A DNA stretch of 47,988 bases from an uncultured Candidatus Saccharibacteria bacterium. GTDB lineage: Bacteria > Patescibacteriota > Minisyncoccia > Phycocordibacterales > Phycocordibacteraceae. Positions 31,901-40,623 of this stretch are shown here, piece after piece. Position numbers and translations under genes: made by a program. Location: positions 5,674 to 53,661 of the forward strand of contig CAYOKK010000001.1 of the NCBI GenBank assembly GCA_964404565.1. The letters run 5' to 3'. The number at the start of each line of letters is the position of its first letter. Positions within the stretch are counted from its first letter, which is position 1. The notes under the pieces were generated by a model. That model was not told the origin of the DNA and made no database searches. It saw only the letters and a program-made list of their open reading frames with translations.

Positions 31901-32074
31901 TTCCCAAATGCTCTTTGCCTGCCATAGTGCCGCAGATCCTTCGGATCTGCGGCACTTTCGTATCCCCGTCGCGCGTACACACACACATACGTCTGCATAT
32001 TTGACGATACCTTTATATCGTGGTACAGAAAATACAGACTCTTGTTCACTTTTCACCACGAAAGGAGCATCCTC

Positions 32075-33217
32075 ATGGCAGGATACCTCGAACGCTGGAT
32101 GTGGCATCGGCTGCAGAAGGCGGGGAACGGCGAATCCGTTCCCTCGTTCACCGTCAACAATCCACTATTCTTGATGCGCGTTCCCTTCGAAGGAACGCTC
32201 GCTATCGGGGACGCGTACATGCGGGGAGACTGGGATACGCCCGACCTTCCTGCGCTGCTCTCCTATGGATTCCGTCATGGCATTCAAGACCGCTTCGACG
32301 GGATCCTGGCTCACCTGCTGCGCTTCTCGCACCGCTTTACCAACCCGCAGAACGTGCGGCGGTCGCGGCGAGTGGCGCGAGAGCACTACGACCTGGGCGA
32401 GCTTCTTTACCGTCGCATGCTCGGGCGTTCGCTCGCGTATAGCTGCGCCTACTGGAAAGATGCCGACGAGCTCGACGCTGCGGAATTCGCGAAGTTCGAT
32501 CTCGTCTTCCGTAAGCTGCGGCTTGCTCCCGGCATGAGGCTGCTGGACATCGGCTGCGGCTTCGGAACGTTCGCTACGTACTGCGCGAAGCGCGGCGTGG
32601 AGGTGGTCGGCATTACGCTCTCTGAGAGTCAAGCGCGTATCGCACGAGCTGAGTGCGCGGGTTTGTCGGTAGAGATCCATGTCATGGACTACCGCCGCCT
32701 CAGGGACCGGTTTCCTCGGTACAGGTTCGACCGTATCGTTTCCATCGGGATGTTCGAGCATGTAGGCCCGCAGAACTTCCGTACGTTCATGGAAGCGGCG
32801 GCGCACATGCTGAAGTGGAACGGGCTGTTCCTGCTTCACGCCATCGGAAAGCCTGAGAGCGGCGGCTTCGACCCGTGGCTCGACAAATGGATCTTTCCCG
32901 GCGGATACATCCCGGCGCGGGCAGAGACCGAACGCGCGTTCGAGTACCCGACCCGCCTCTTCTATGAGATCGACTTCCATGCATTCGGCGGCGAGCACTA
33001 TGCACGCACGCTAGCGGCATGGCGGGAAAATTTCCTCATAGCGTGGCCTGAACTCCGCAGCATATACGGGCCGCGCTGGAACGGCACCTTCTATCGAGGC
33101 TGGCTGTTTTATCTTGCCTCGTGCGAAGCGGCATTCCGGTACGGCGATCTGGACGTATACCAGTTCCTCCTCTCGCCATACGACATCACAGACAAGAAGG
33201 CGTATGCGGTGCGGTGA
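32075..33217 (+). CDS. cfa: Cyclopropane-fatty-acyl-phospholipid synthase family SAM-dependent methyltransferase
   Basis: HYDLGELLYRRMLGRSLAYSCAYW, the SAM motif LLDIGCGFG, SIGMFEHVG and the YLASCEAAFR C-terminus. AAAGGAG lies 8 nt before the ATG at 32075. Confidence 0.85.
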   Translation: MAGYLERWMWHRLQKAGNGESVPSFTVNNPLFLMRVPFEGTLAIGDAYMRGDWDTPDLPALLSYGFRHGIQDRFDGILAHLLRFSHRFTNPQNVRRSRRVAREHYDLGELLYRRMLGRSLAYSCAYWKDADELDAAEFAKFDLVFRKLRLAPGMRLLDIGCGFGTFATYCAKRGVEVVGITLSESQARIARAECAGLSVEIHVMDYRRLRDRFPRYRFDRIVSIGMFEHVGPQNFRTFMEAAAHMLKWNGLFLLHAIGKPESGGFDPWLDKWIFPGGYIPARAETERAFEYPTRLFYEIDFHAFGGEHYARTLAAWRENFLIAWPELRSIYGPRWNGTFYRGWLFYLASCEAAFRYGDLDVYQFLLSPYDITDKKAYAVR

Positions 33218-33249
33218 ATACGTATCGGCATACGGCCGGTCAAAATTAT

Positions 33250-33276
33250 GGGCGCCGAAGCGAAGCTTCGGCGCCC
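33250..33276. terminator. Bidirectional hairpin terminator
   Basis: GGGCGCCGAAG-CGAAG-CTTCGGCGCCC, flanked by AT-rich runs between convergent genes. Confidence 0.65.
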
Positions 33277-33323
33277 ATTTCCTATATGCCCTGCACAAGC
33301 CTGCGTTCGCAGGAACCCTCACG

Positions 33324-33671
33324 CTACACGCCGCCCTGCCGATAGCTCCCGAGTGCGAGTGCCGCTGCCGCAAGCGCGAGAGAGATGTCCCGGAACACGA
33401 TCTGCATGAGCGGGATGTTGAACGCCACGATTAGCGCAAGCAGTACGGTCGCCGCAATCGACGGCCAGAAGATGCGCTTCCCGCTCAAGATCCAGAGCGC
33501 GATCACGACCTCGATGATGCCCCAGCCGACGAGCATGACGGTATCTGAAACGTGGCCGAGCATGAACGGCGGGAAGTACCCGAGCCATGCCTGCGGGTGA
33601 AAGATAGAATCTATCGGCGGATACAAGAACGCGATGGCGATGGCGACCCGCAGCAAGAGAGAATTCGTCAT
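33324..33671 (-). CDS. Small membrane protein (DoxX-like, 4 TM)
   Basis: 115 aa, hydrophobic. The alternative overlapping 137-aa frame is Arg-rich and was rejected. Confidence 0.6.
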   Translation of the reverse strand: MTNSLLLRVAIAIAFLYPPIDSIFHPQAWLGYFPPFMLGHVSDTVMLVGWGIIEVVIALWILSGKRIFWPSIAATVLLALIVAFNIPLMQIVFRDISLALAAAALALGSYRQGGV

Positions 33672-33677
33672 ACGGCG

Positions 33678-34157
33678 TTACTCTACGACAATATCGATCG
33701 TATACGGCTTGGCGATATTGGTCGCCGGCCAATACGGAGTGAATGAGAACGAATGATCCGCGGTGAAGGTCACAGACTTGGTAGCTCCTGGCGCGATGGT
33801 GCCGGTATTTACGACCGAGCTCCTGAAGTCGAGCCCGCCGTGGTACGTGCTTCCGGCATCGGCGCCGAACGTGATAGTGACCTCGGTGCCGGCCGGGACG
33901 GTAATGGTCTTGCGGTCAGCTGTCTCGTCATTCCCGTTCACGGTGAAGCTCTGCGGAGCAGGCGTTCCTGACTCCTCAGACGTCGTGGTTGTGGTTGTCA
34001 CATTCGTCACCGTGACGCCGGCCGTTCCCTCTTCTGCCGGGCCTCCCTGTTCAGATGATTCCTGGTTTGGCGCTGCAGCCGGACGCGTCGCGAACCAAGC
34101 TACGCCGGCGAGTACGATCAGAGCGAGTACGATTCCTATGATAGTCGAGCTTTTCAT
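33678..34157 (-). CDS. Membrane-anchored secreted protein with cupredoxin-like beta-sandwich, hypothetical
   Basis: N-terminal TM helix, Thr-rich linker, then TITVPAGTEVTITF...IAPGATKSVTFTA. Confidence 0.55.
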   Translation of the reverse strand: MKSSTIIGIVLALIVLAGVAWFATRPAAAPNQESSEQGGPAEEGTAGVTVTNVTTTTTTSEESGTPAPQSFTVNGNDETADRKTITVPAGTEVTITFGADAGSTYHGGLDFRSSVVNTGTIAPGATKSVTFTADHSFSFTPYWPATNIAKPYTIDIVVE

Positions 34158-34240
34158 AAAAATAGCTTAGGGCTGGTACGCATATAGTGTAGCACTCGCT
34201 CGTAGAACGATCAGTGAACCGCAAGGAGCGTACGCAAGAT

Positions 34241-34268
34241 AAATGCCCGACCTTGGAGTCGGGCATTT
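34241..34268. terminator. Hairpin terminator
   Basis: AAATGCCCGAC-CTTGGA-GTCGGGCATTT, 17 nt after the stop of the regulator gene. Confidence 0.65.
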
Positions 34269-34284
34269 TAGTTGTACATAACGA

Positions 34285-35010
34285 TTACGCCACTTTCGCA
34301 GCATCTTCATCGCTCGCGTCGGCCATGCGATACCCCAGGCCGCGGACAGTCTGGATGACCCCGTCAGCATCAGGGTGGCACTCGCGGAGCTTTTTCCGCA
34401 CGCGAACCATAAAGACCTCGACCGTGTTGCTTTCGTTGCTGTTCCCGAAAATACCATGCAGCCCTTCGTCGAGATCGCTCCGGCTTAAGATGCGTCCCCG
34501 GTATAGGACGAGCATCATGACCATTCTCAGCTCATACGACGTGAAGGTAACCGGTTCGCCGTTCACCGTCACGGACTGGAAGGCAAGGTTCACCCTCACC
34601 CTCGCATCGCCGCTCTGGAACTCGGACGCATCGCGCAGGACGCACACCTCGCTGAGGCGGGTGAGCGCCCGCATCGCCGCGGCGAGCTCGCGCGGTTCGG
34701 CCGGCTTCCTGAAAAGGTCGTTCCCGCCGTTCTCGAGAAAGTACGCGCGCTGGTCCGGCCATTCTGCCAGGCCGTTGCCTTTCGTAAGGCCGACGATCGG
34801 AAGCGTCACCCTCTTGCTACGGAGATACCGCACTGCGAAGGCGCCCCAAGGCGTCTCGTCTAGGTCGATGAGCAGGGCATTGAACTTCTCGGAATCGAGA
34901 TAGTCTTTCAAGTCTTCGGCATCGAGCACCTTGTTCGTGAGCGAAAAGAAGCCTTTTGCCTTCAGGGAGACCAGTAACTCCTTCTCGACTCCAACGTGAA
35001 AGATCTTCAT
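34285..35010 (-). CDS. Atypical OmpR-type response regulator (receiver lacking the N-terminal acidic pair)
   Basis: Winged-helix C-terminus (TVRGLGYRM). The receiver retains LLIDLD, the Thr in IVGLT and the Lys in FRKP. It reads IFHVGVEKE where DD/ED is expected, and no kinase gene is adjacent. Confidence 0.75.
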   Translation of the reverse strand: MKIFHVGVEKELLVSLKAKGFFSLTNKVLDAEDLKDYLDSEKFNALLIDLDETPWGAFAVRYLRSKRVTLPIVGLTKGNGLAEWPDQRAYFLENGGNDLFRKPAEPRELAAAMRALTRLSEVCVLRDASEFQSGDARVRVNLAFQSVTVNGEPVTFTSYELRMVMMLVLYRGRILSRSDLDEGLHGIFGNSNESNTVEVFMVRVRKKLRECHPDADGVIQTVRGLGYRMADASDEDAAKVA

Positions 35011-35163
35011 TCCAGCCTCCTCTCTAGTAAAAGCGCGATCGGTTTGGAATACTTTCGATTAAACTCCTTTTATTCCGTAGCGTCAATCATCCTTCAGCCG
35101 TCCTTTATACGTTCCATGCTGTACTGCTATAGCTGAGTACTACCAGAACTAACCTATACGCGT

Positions 35164-35658
35164 ATGAATGACTTAGAACAGATATATAAGATGAAGCTGA
35201 GAAAGATGCTGAATGTCGAGGAGCAGATTATCGCCGCGCTCCCTGCCATGATAGCGAACGCGACTGACGAAGACCTTCAAGAAGGTCTTGACCAGCACCT
35301 GCAGGAGACGGAAGAACAGCGCGATCGCCTCATGGACATACTGGCCCGTCACGGCGAAGCGGGCGCCGAGGAAGATGTCGCGTTCAAGGCGCTCCTTGCA
35401 GAATCCGAGAAGGCCATGCGGATGATCACGGATGCGGCGACCCGCGATGCCGCTATCATAGCCGATGCGCAGGTAGTCGAGCATATTGAGATCGCCCGCT
35501 ACGGCACCCTTATCGCCTGGGCGAAAGCCGTAGGCGATGACGACTCGGTATCCGCGCTCGAAGAAACGCTTTCTGAAGAGGAGAATGCCGATAAGAAGCT
35601 CACCAGCGTCGCGGAAAGCGGCTTGCTTACGACCGGCGTGAATGAAGAGGCAGTATGA
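35164..35658 (+). CDS. YciE/YciF-like ferritin-like protein (DUF892)
   Basis: LQEGLDQHLQETEEQRDRL and ...VVEHIEIARYGTLIAWA are typical of DUF892. Confidence 0.75.
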   Translation: MNDLEQIYKMKLRKMLNVEEQIIAALPAMIANATDEDLQEGLDQHLQETEEQRDRLMDILARHGEAGAEEDVAFKALLAESEKAMRMITDAATRDAAIIADAQVVEHIEIARYGTLIAWAKAVGDDDSVSALEETLSEEENADKKLTSVAESGLLTTGVNEEAV

Positions 35659-36596
35659 TTCTCGGCGCTGTCCAGTGGTTTCCTTTCGAAGACCGGGATG
35701 GCGTTGAAAGGTCCGTCGCTATCTGCAAGGATCTCTCTATCCGCGAGCTGCGGGTGCTCTTTTCCTGGGCGGACTGGATGCGCGAAGGCGGCCCGGAGTG
35801 GTTCGACTGGTACATCGGGCAGCTCGCGGCGGTACCAGGCCTCCGCCTGCTTCCTGCCCTTTTCTATACGCCGACGCAGGTATCGATGAAAGACGCAGAG
35901 GGAAAGACGAAGACGTCGTATCCGCCCGAAAAGCCCGAGACGTACGCCGCGTTCGTGCGCGAGATGATCGGACGGTACGGCGAGCGCTTCGACTGGATAC
36001 AGCTCTGGAACGAGCCGAACTGGAATCCGTACTGGGACTGGGATATGGATCCTGACGGTTCAAGGTTCGCGGCTATGGCCATCCCCGCGGCAGATGCAGC
36101 GCATGAACTCGGAAAGAACGTGGTGCTCGGCGGAACGACGCCGCTCGCGTATGCATGGTTTGGCCGCATGGAGGAATGCGGCGTGCTTGAGCGCATGGAC
36201 GCGATCTCTTTCCACTATTCTCCGAGCTGGGAAAACCAGCACCGGCGCTGGATGCCGCTTTCCTCTGAGATACCTACGCTCCGCGCGCTGCTGAAAGGGC
36301 TCGGCCGCTCGTGCGAGATATGGCTCGATGAGATGGGATTCTCGACCGAGACGTCGAAGGATCATGACACGGAAAAGCTTGAGCAGGAGCAGGTGGCGTT
36401 CTTCGACGAGGTTCGGCAGCTTCCCGCCGAGCGCGTCTACTGGTTCTGCCTTCTCGATCAGGATCAGGGCACGCTCACGGATGACGCCATCAACACGGGC
36501 GGCACTCCTGACCCGACCGCCTATCATTTCGGGCTCGTTACCAGTGACGGAAAACGCAAGCCGCTCTACGAGCACTGGAAATCGCTCACGGCGTAA
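35655..36596 (+). CDS. TIM-barrel glycoside hydrolase-like protein (clan GH-A, NEP motif)
   Basis: IQLWNEPNW acid/base motif and WLDEMGF (candidate nucleophile Glu). 4-nt overlap with yciE-like. Confidence 0.55.
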   Translation: MILGAVQWFPFEDRDGVERSVAICKDLSIRELRVLFSWADWMREGGPEWFDWYIGQLAAVPGLRLLPALFYTPTQVSMKDAEGKTKTSYPPEKPETYAAFVREMIGRYGERFDWIQLWNEPNWNPYWDWDMDPDGSRFAAMAIPAADAAHELGKNVVLGGTTPLAYAWFGRMEECGVLERMDAISFHYSPSWENQHRRWMPLSSEIPTLRALLKGLGRSCEIWLDEMGFSTETSKDHDTEKLEQEQVAFFDEVRQLPAERVYWFCLLDQDQGTLTDDAINTGGTPDPTAYHFGLVTSDGKRKPLYEHWKSLTA

Positions 36597-36637
36597 AGAC
36601 ATGCCGGCGCTTCGCGCCGGCTGTAAAAAACGAACCC

Positions 36638-37360
36638 TCACAAGGAGGGTTCAGAAAGGCAAAGATCGTCGGCGATCGGCTCGAAGCGGTCGTTCGCCGC
36701 GTCATACCGGCAGACGAGCATGCTGCCGAAGCGGCAGCTGCGGTTTTCTGCGAACTTCGCGACTACGTCTGTATCGCTTGTTCCGTACGCAAGCTGGTGC
36801 ACGCACTCGATGATGCCGGCATGGGTCATGACGAGCGTCGCGCCCTCGAAGTGCGTGAGCCGCTCAAGGAACATCTTCACGCGCCAGTCGCGTACGCGGC
36901 TGTGCGATTCGCCGAAAGGAGGGCAGGCATCGAGAAATCCTGCGTGCGCTTCCGTATCGAATTCGGGGAACCGAGCGCACACCTCTTCGAACGTACCGAG
37001 GCAGCGCGCGCCCGGGTCAAGCTCGACGAGCTCCTCTGCTACGTGGCATTCGATATCAGGAAACCGCTCGATAAGAGCGTCCGCGCTCTCGAGCGTACGC
37101 CTATAGGGCGAGACGAATATTCGCCGGAGCGGAACGCCGAGACGCTCGAGGTAGGCCGGGAGGAGCTCGGCCGTCTTCTCTGCGCGGCGCTTTCCTTCGG
37201 CACTCAGCCCTACCTTTTGACGGTCAGTGCGGTTCCAGGCAGCTACGTGCTCCTGCAGCGTCTCGTCGGATACGCCCAGGTCGCGCAGCAATCCTTCGAT
37301 ACCGGTTCCTGGATGCGGCTCTTTCTCGAAGTGCCGCATGAATAGCAATATAGATCGCAT
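36638..37360 (-). CDS. Histidine phosphatase (phosphoglycerate mutase) family protein
   Basis: LFMRHFEKE (RHGE-like) at the N-terminus, SPYRRT, and the THAG motif near the C-terminus. Confidence 0.7.
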   Translation of the reverse strand: MRSILLFMRHFEKEPHPGTGIEGLLRDLGVSDETLQEHVAAWNRTDRQKVGLSAEGKRRAEKTAELLPAYLERLGVPLRRIFVSPYRRTLESADALIERFPDIECHVAEELVELDPGARCLGTFEEVCARFPEFDTEAHAGFLDACPPFGESHSRVRDWRVKMFLERLTHFEGATLVMTHAGIIECVHQLAYGTSDTDVVAKFAENRSCRFGSMLVCRYDAANDRFEPIADDLCLSEPSL

Positions 37361-37391
37361 GATACTATCTCCGAATGTTCTGTACCGACTA

Positions 37392-37436
37392 TCGCTTCAT
37401 GCGCGAATCCTGTCAACTCATTCGCTTCATGCACGA
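37392..37436 (+). promoter_or_regulatory. Direct repeat TCGCTTCATGC(G/A)CGA x2, 30-nt period, upstream of the second glycosidase-like gene
   Basis: Copies at 37392-37406 and 37422-37436 match at 14/15 positions. Each is followed by CTGTCA, 3 nt after the first copy and 8 nt after the second. Confidence 0.35.
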
Positions 37437-37492
37437 TACAGGCCCTGTCAGGTATGTTCCTAGAAGAGCAATAACAAAACAGGAGACGCACC

Positions 37493-38860
37493 ATGCGCAC
37501 TGATTGGAGTTCTTTTACATCTAGGCGTTTGGCGGCGCTCCCGCCGTATCAAAGCGTCCATGCGCCCGGCTACTTAGTCTGGGCCAAGATCGACCATGAG
37601 TGCCTTAGGCGGCCTGACCTCGGCGACCTGCTTGCCGAAGAACATACCATCGAGGAAGCTGAAGCGTCTGGCGATACGTGCAGGATCGCTGTCGCGGTCG
37701 CAAAGGCACGGATCCGCCTGGCTGCCGAGCGGCTTCACGCCCGCGGCATCCGCCAGATATGCACCGGCGTATCGTGGTGCGATCTGCACTGCATGCCCGG
37801 CGCGCCTGCGTGGGTAACGTGGTATCTCGAAAGGCTTGCAGAACACGCCGAGGTACTGCCGCGCATCACCTACACGCCTCCGCCGCTTACTGATGGCGGA
37901 AAGCACACGATCAACGCCCCGCCTGCCGACCCGATCCGCTTTGCCGAATTCGTAGACACGTTCCTTTCGAAGCACGGCCATCTATTCGACCATGTCGAAC
38001 TCTGGAATGAATGGAATCTTTCGACTGACTGGCGGCCCGATCTCGATTCTGGGTATCGCCGATTCGCGGTCATGATCGCGCCTGCCGCGCTCGTCGTGCA
38101 CCACCACGGGAAAAAGGTGGTGCTCGGCGGCGTAGCGGGCGTAGACGAAGAAAGCGGGCACATGCTTGCAGACCTCGCCCGTTACGGCCTCTTCCGCTAC
38201 GTAGACGTAGTCGGCTTCCATAACCTGCGCGGTACCTGGAGCGACGACACGCCGTCGCCGCCGATTTCCGAACAGGCGGAGTGCGTCCGAAAGGCCGTAA
38301 GCGCCGCGCCTACGAAGCATGCCTGGCTCGCAGCGGGAGTCATGTGGGAAGCGGAACACGCATGCGCGCGCGTGCGCGATATCATCCGGCGTGAACAATT
38401 CCGGCTGCGGAAGGCGGGCGCAGTACCGGACGTCTGGCTTACGGAGTACGGAATTCCTGTTGTCGATCCAGAAAAACGGTTCGATCCTGAGTACCTGGAA
38501 CGGATTCAAGTCGCGCTCTTCGCATACGCTGCGGACTGTATCCGCAGCGGCGCGATCGACCGCGTGTACTGGTACACATTCCAGGACTTCGTCGGCGATT
38601 CAGTGCGCAAGCATACCACCGGCTGGGAAGATGTGCTGCAGCACTACTATGGCGATACGTGCGAAGCGGGCAACCCGCGCCTGCTGGGTCGCCTTCTGAA
38701 TGCCGGCGGGCCCGAAGAGGTCCATCGGTACGCGCTGCGGCACGACCTCTTCCCGCTCGTGGACGCCGCTTCGCTCGGAAGAAGCAAGCCTGCCGCATAT
38801 AAGAGCAACCAGGAAGTTGCTCGGGATCCTGCGGCAAAGCGAGAAACGGTACACGATTGA
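37493..38860 (+). CDS. TIM-barrel glycoside hydrolase-like protein, paralogue of 35655-36596 with NEW instead of NEP
   Basis: The segment FDHVELWNEWNLSTDW...RRFAVMIAPAALVVHHHGKKVVLGG aligns by eye with FDWIQLWNEPNWNPYW...SRFAAMAIPAADAAHELGKNVVLGG. Confidence 0.5.
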   Translation: MRTDWSSFTSRRLAALPPYQSVHAPGYLVWAKIDHECLRRPDLGDLLAEEHTIEEAEASGDTCRIAVAVAKARIRLAAERLHARGIRQICTGVSWCDLHCMPGAPAWVTWYLERLAEHAEVLPRITYTPPPLTDGGKHTINAPPADPIRFAEFVDTFLSKHGHLFDHVELWNEWNLSTDWRPDLDSGYRRFAVMIAPAALVVHHHGKKVVLGGVAGVDEESGHMLADLARYGLFRYVDVVGFHNLRGTWSDDTPSPPISEQAECVRKAVSAAPTKHAWLAAGVMWEAEHACARVRDIIRREQFRLRKAGAVPDVWLTEYGIPVVDPEKRFDPEYLERIQVALFAYAADCIRSGAIDRVYWYTFQDFVGDSVRKHTTGWEDVLQHYYGDTCEAGNPRLLGRLLNAGGPEEVHRYALRHDLFPLVDAASLGRSKPAAYKSNQEVARDPAAKRETVHD

Positions 38861-38871
38861 CCGTACATCCT

Positions 38872-38899
38872 AAGGGCGCTCGTACGAGCGCCCTTTTTC
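38872..38899. terminator. Intrinsic terminator
   Basis: The palindrome AAGGGCGCTCGTACGAGCGCCCTT followed by TTTC, between convergent genes. Confidence 0.75.
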
Positions 38900-38923
38900 T
38901 TATCGCACATGTATTTTACGCAG

Positions 38924-39859
38924 TTACGGCAGCGTCGGGAATCCAGGATCGTACGTCGGGCAGTAGATCTTGTTTATCTTGTACCGCGTCGTCTTGTACT
39001 CATATCCGGTCGGCGTATGCTCGTTCGGGAGCCCGTACGGTATCCAGGGCGCGAGCACGTCATGCGAATACTTCAGCTGGAATTGGTTTACCGCGCTCTC
39101 CGTGATCGGGCCGAAGAATCCCGTTACGGGAATAGATATGCTGAGCTCCTGATTCAGGAAATTCTGAAGCTTCACGACTTCTGCCTGATCGTTCGCCTGA
39201 TGCTGGCGCATATACGTGGTGAGGAGCGGCCCGCACGAGCCGACAAACGTCGAGGCGCCGAGTACCTCGCCATTGTTGCCTCCGTTCGAGGATCCGCCGC
39301 TCCCGCTGCGGTTATGCGAACCGCCGCCGTTGCTATCGTTATCGCCACTGCCGCCCCCTCCGCCGCCATTACCTCCATCGTCATCGTTCCCATCGCCGTT
39401 GCCGCCTCCTCCCCCGCTGCCATCATCATCGCCCCCGCCGTTGTTCCCGCCGCCGTCATCATCGTCATCACCTCCCGAACTGTCGCTATGGCAATCGGTA
39501 TCACGGCTGCCTACGGTTCCTGAAGTGCCTATCGTTCCATCCGGAGAAGAAGGTCGCGTAGGGCTGCTAGGACTGGTCGGGCAGGCCGGCTCAGCAGGAG
39601 ACGTGGGCGAGGTCGGCGTAACCGGGTCATCGCCGTCCGTCGTGCCGGTGCTCCCCGTCTCATCCGTGGCATCTGTATCGTCCGTACTTTCTGTTACGGG
39701 AGTCGGGGCCGTAGGAGGCGTCGGTACGTTTGGCGCGTTTGCGGCATAGGCGTGCGGCGCCGTGCCGGAGAGCGCAAACGCAGCTATGAAGACCGCCATC
39801 ATAGCCATGCGCACGAGACTCAGCGATGCTTTTTTTCTGAATATAGGTGAGGACGTCAT
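38924..39859 (-). CDS. Secreted protein with Pro/Thr linker, 70-aa Gly/Asp/Asn low-complexity run and C-terminal peptidoglycan-binding (PG_binding_1-like) domain
   Basis: Signal/TM segment MAMMAVFIAAFALSG. The GGDDDDDGGGNNGGGDDDGSGGGGGNGDGN... run spans 39269-39478. PG-binding sequence VVKLQNFLNQ...GFFGPITESAVNQFQ. Confidence 0.75.
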   Translation of the reverse strand: MTSSPIFRKKASLSLVRMAMMAVFIAAFALSGTAPHAYAANAPNVPTPPTAPTPVTESTDDTDATDETGSTGTTDGDDPVTPTSPTSPAEPACPTSPSSPTRPSSPDGTIGTSGTVGSRDTDCHSDSSGGDDDDDGGGNNGGGDDDGSGGGGGNGDGNDDDGGNGGGGGGSGDNDSNGGGSHNRSGSGGSSNGGNNGEVLGASTFVGSCGPLLTTYMRQHQANDQAEVVKLQNFLNQELSISIPVTGFFGPITESAVNQFQLKYSHDVLAPWIPYGLPNEHTPTGYEYKTTRYKINKIYCPTYDPGFPTLP

Positions 39860-39947
39860 AAGTGAGGGGGCGATTGTTTCTATTCCCTCTTATCATTTAC
39901 CAAGCGGAACAAATATTAGATGAATGCGGCACCGTATGCAGATGGAA

Positions 39948-39988
39948 GCATAAAGGACATCCGTATTCCACACGGATGTCCTTTATGC
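39948..39988. terminator. Long hairpin (17-bp stem) terminator
   Basis: GCATAAAGGACATCCGT-ATTCCAC-ACGGATGTCCTTTATGC, 16 nt after the ycnI-like stop. Confidence 0.65.
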
Positions 39989-40003
39989 CGCCGCGTAACT
40001 GAG

Positions 40004-40606
40004 CTATCTTCCGGGGCGTACCGTTCGAGAGAACCCGAGGAGCGCGACGGCGAGCGCCACGACGGAAATAACTCGCGGAATCGAATCTTTGCGCTCCGGC
40101 GTATCGGCAAGGTCGTTGATCACGTGAGTTACTGAATATGGCCCCGTGTCTTCAGATTCGTTATCGCTGTCGGCAGCAGGATCTTGATTCCAAGAAACGG
40201 TCGAGCCGTCTGCGTACGTCTGGTATACCTTCCAGACAAGAGCCGTCGGCTCGGAAGGGACTTTCGCGCTGAAGGAGAAGTCATCTCTGAAGCCTGCGGG
40301 TATGGAGCCGCCAGTCCAGGCAAGCTCGGTCACTTCGCCTGAATCGTCTTTCTGTACAGAAATCTCCCACCCGGGCTTTACGACCGGCGTTACGTGCGAG
40401 AGCCCTTCGGGCATAACGAGCCGGACACCGACCGTTTCCTGGGCTTTTTCGGACGGTACGCCGAGGGTAAATGACTGAAACTCCGCCACTCCTGCCTCGC
40501 CAGGCTTCACCACCGCATGCGCCGAAGCCGTGCTCGTGCCGAGGGTGAACGCGAGAGCGGACGTCAGAGCAACGGCGAGCATTAGGCAGGGTGTCTTTTT
40601 TATCAT
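40004..40606 (-). CDS. ycnI: YcnI family (DUF1775) copper-binding protein, C-terminally anchored
   Basis: A signal peptide ending ASAHAVVKPGEA (mature N-terminal His), FTLGVPSEK and VKPGWEI. C-terminal TM helix. Confidence 0.75.
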   Translation of the reverse strand: MIKKTPCLMLAVALTSALAFTLGTSTASAHAVVKPGEAGVAEFQSFTLGVPSEKAQETVGVRLVMPEGLSHVTPVVKPGWEISVQKDDSGEVTELAWTGGSIPAGFRDDFSFSAKVPSEPTALVWKVYQTYADGSTVSWNQDPAADSDNESEDTGPYSVTHVINDLADTPERKDSIPRVISVVALAVALLGFSRTVRPGR

Positions 40607-40623
40607 AAAGGCGGGCTAGATAG

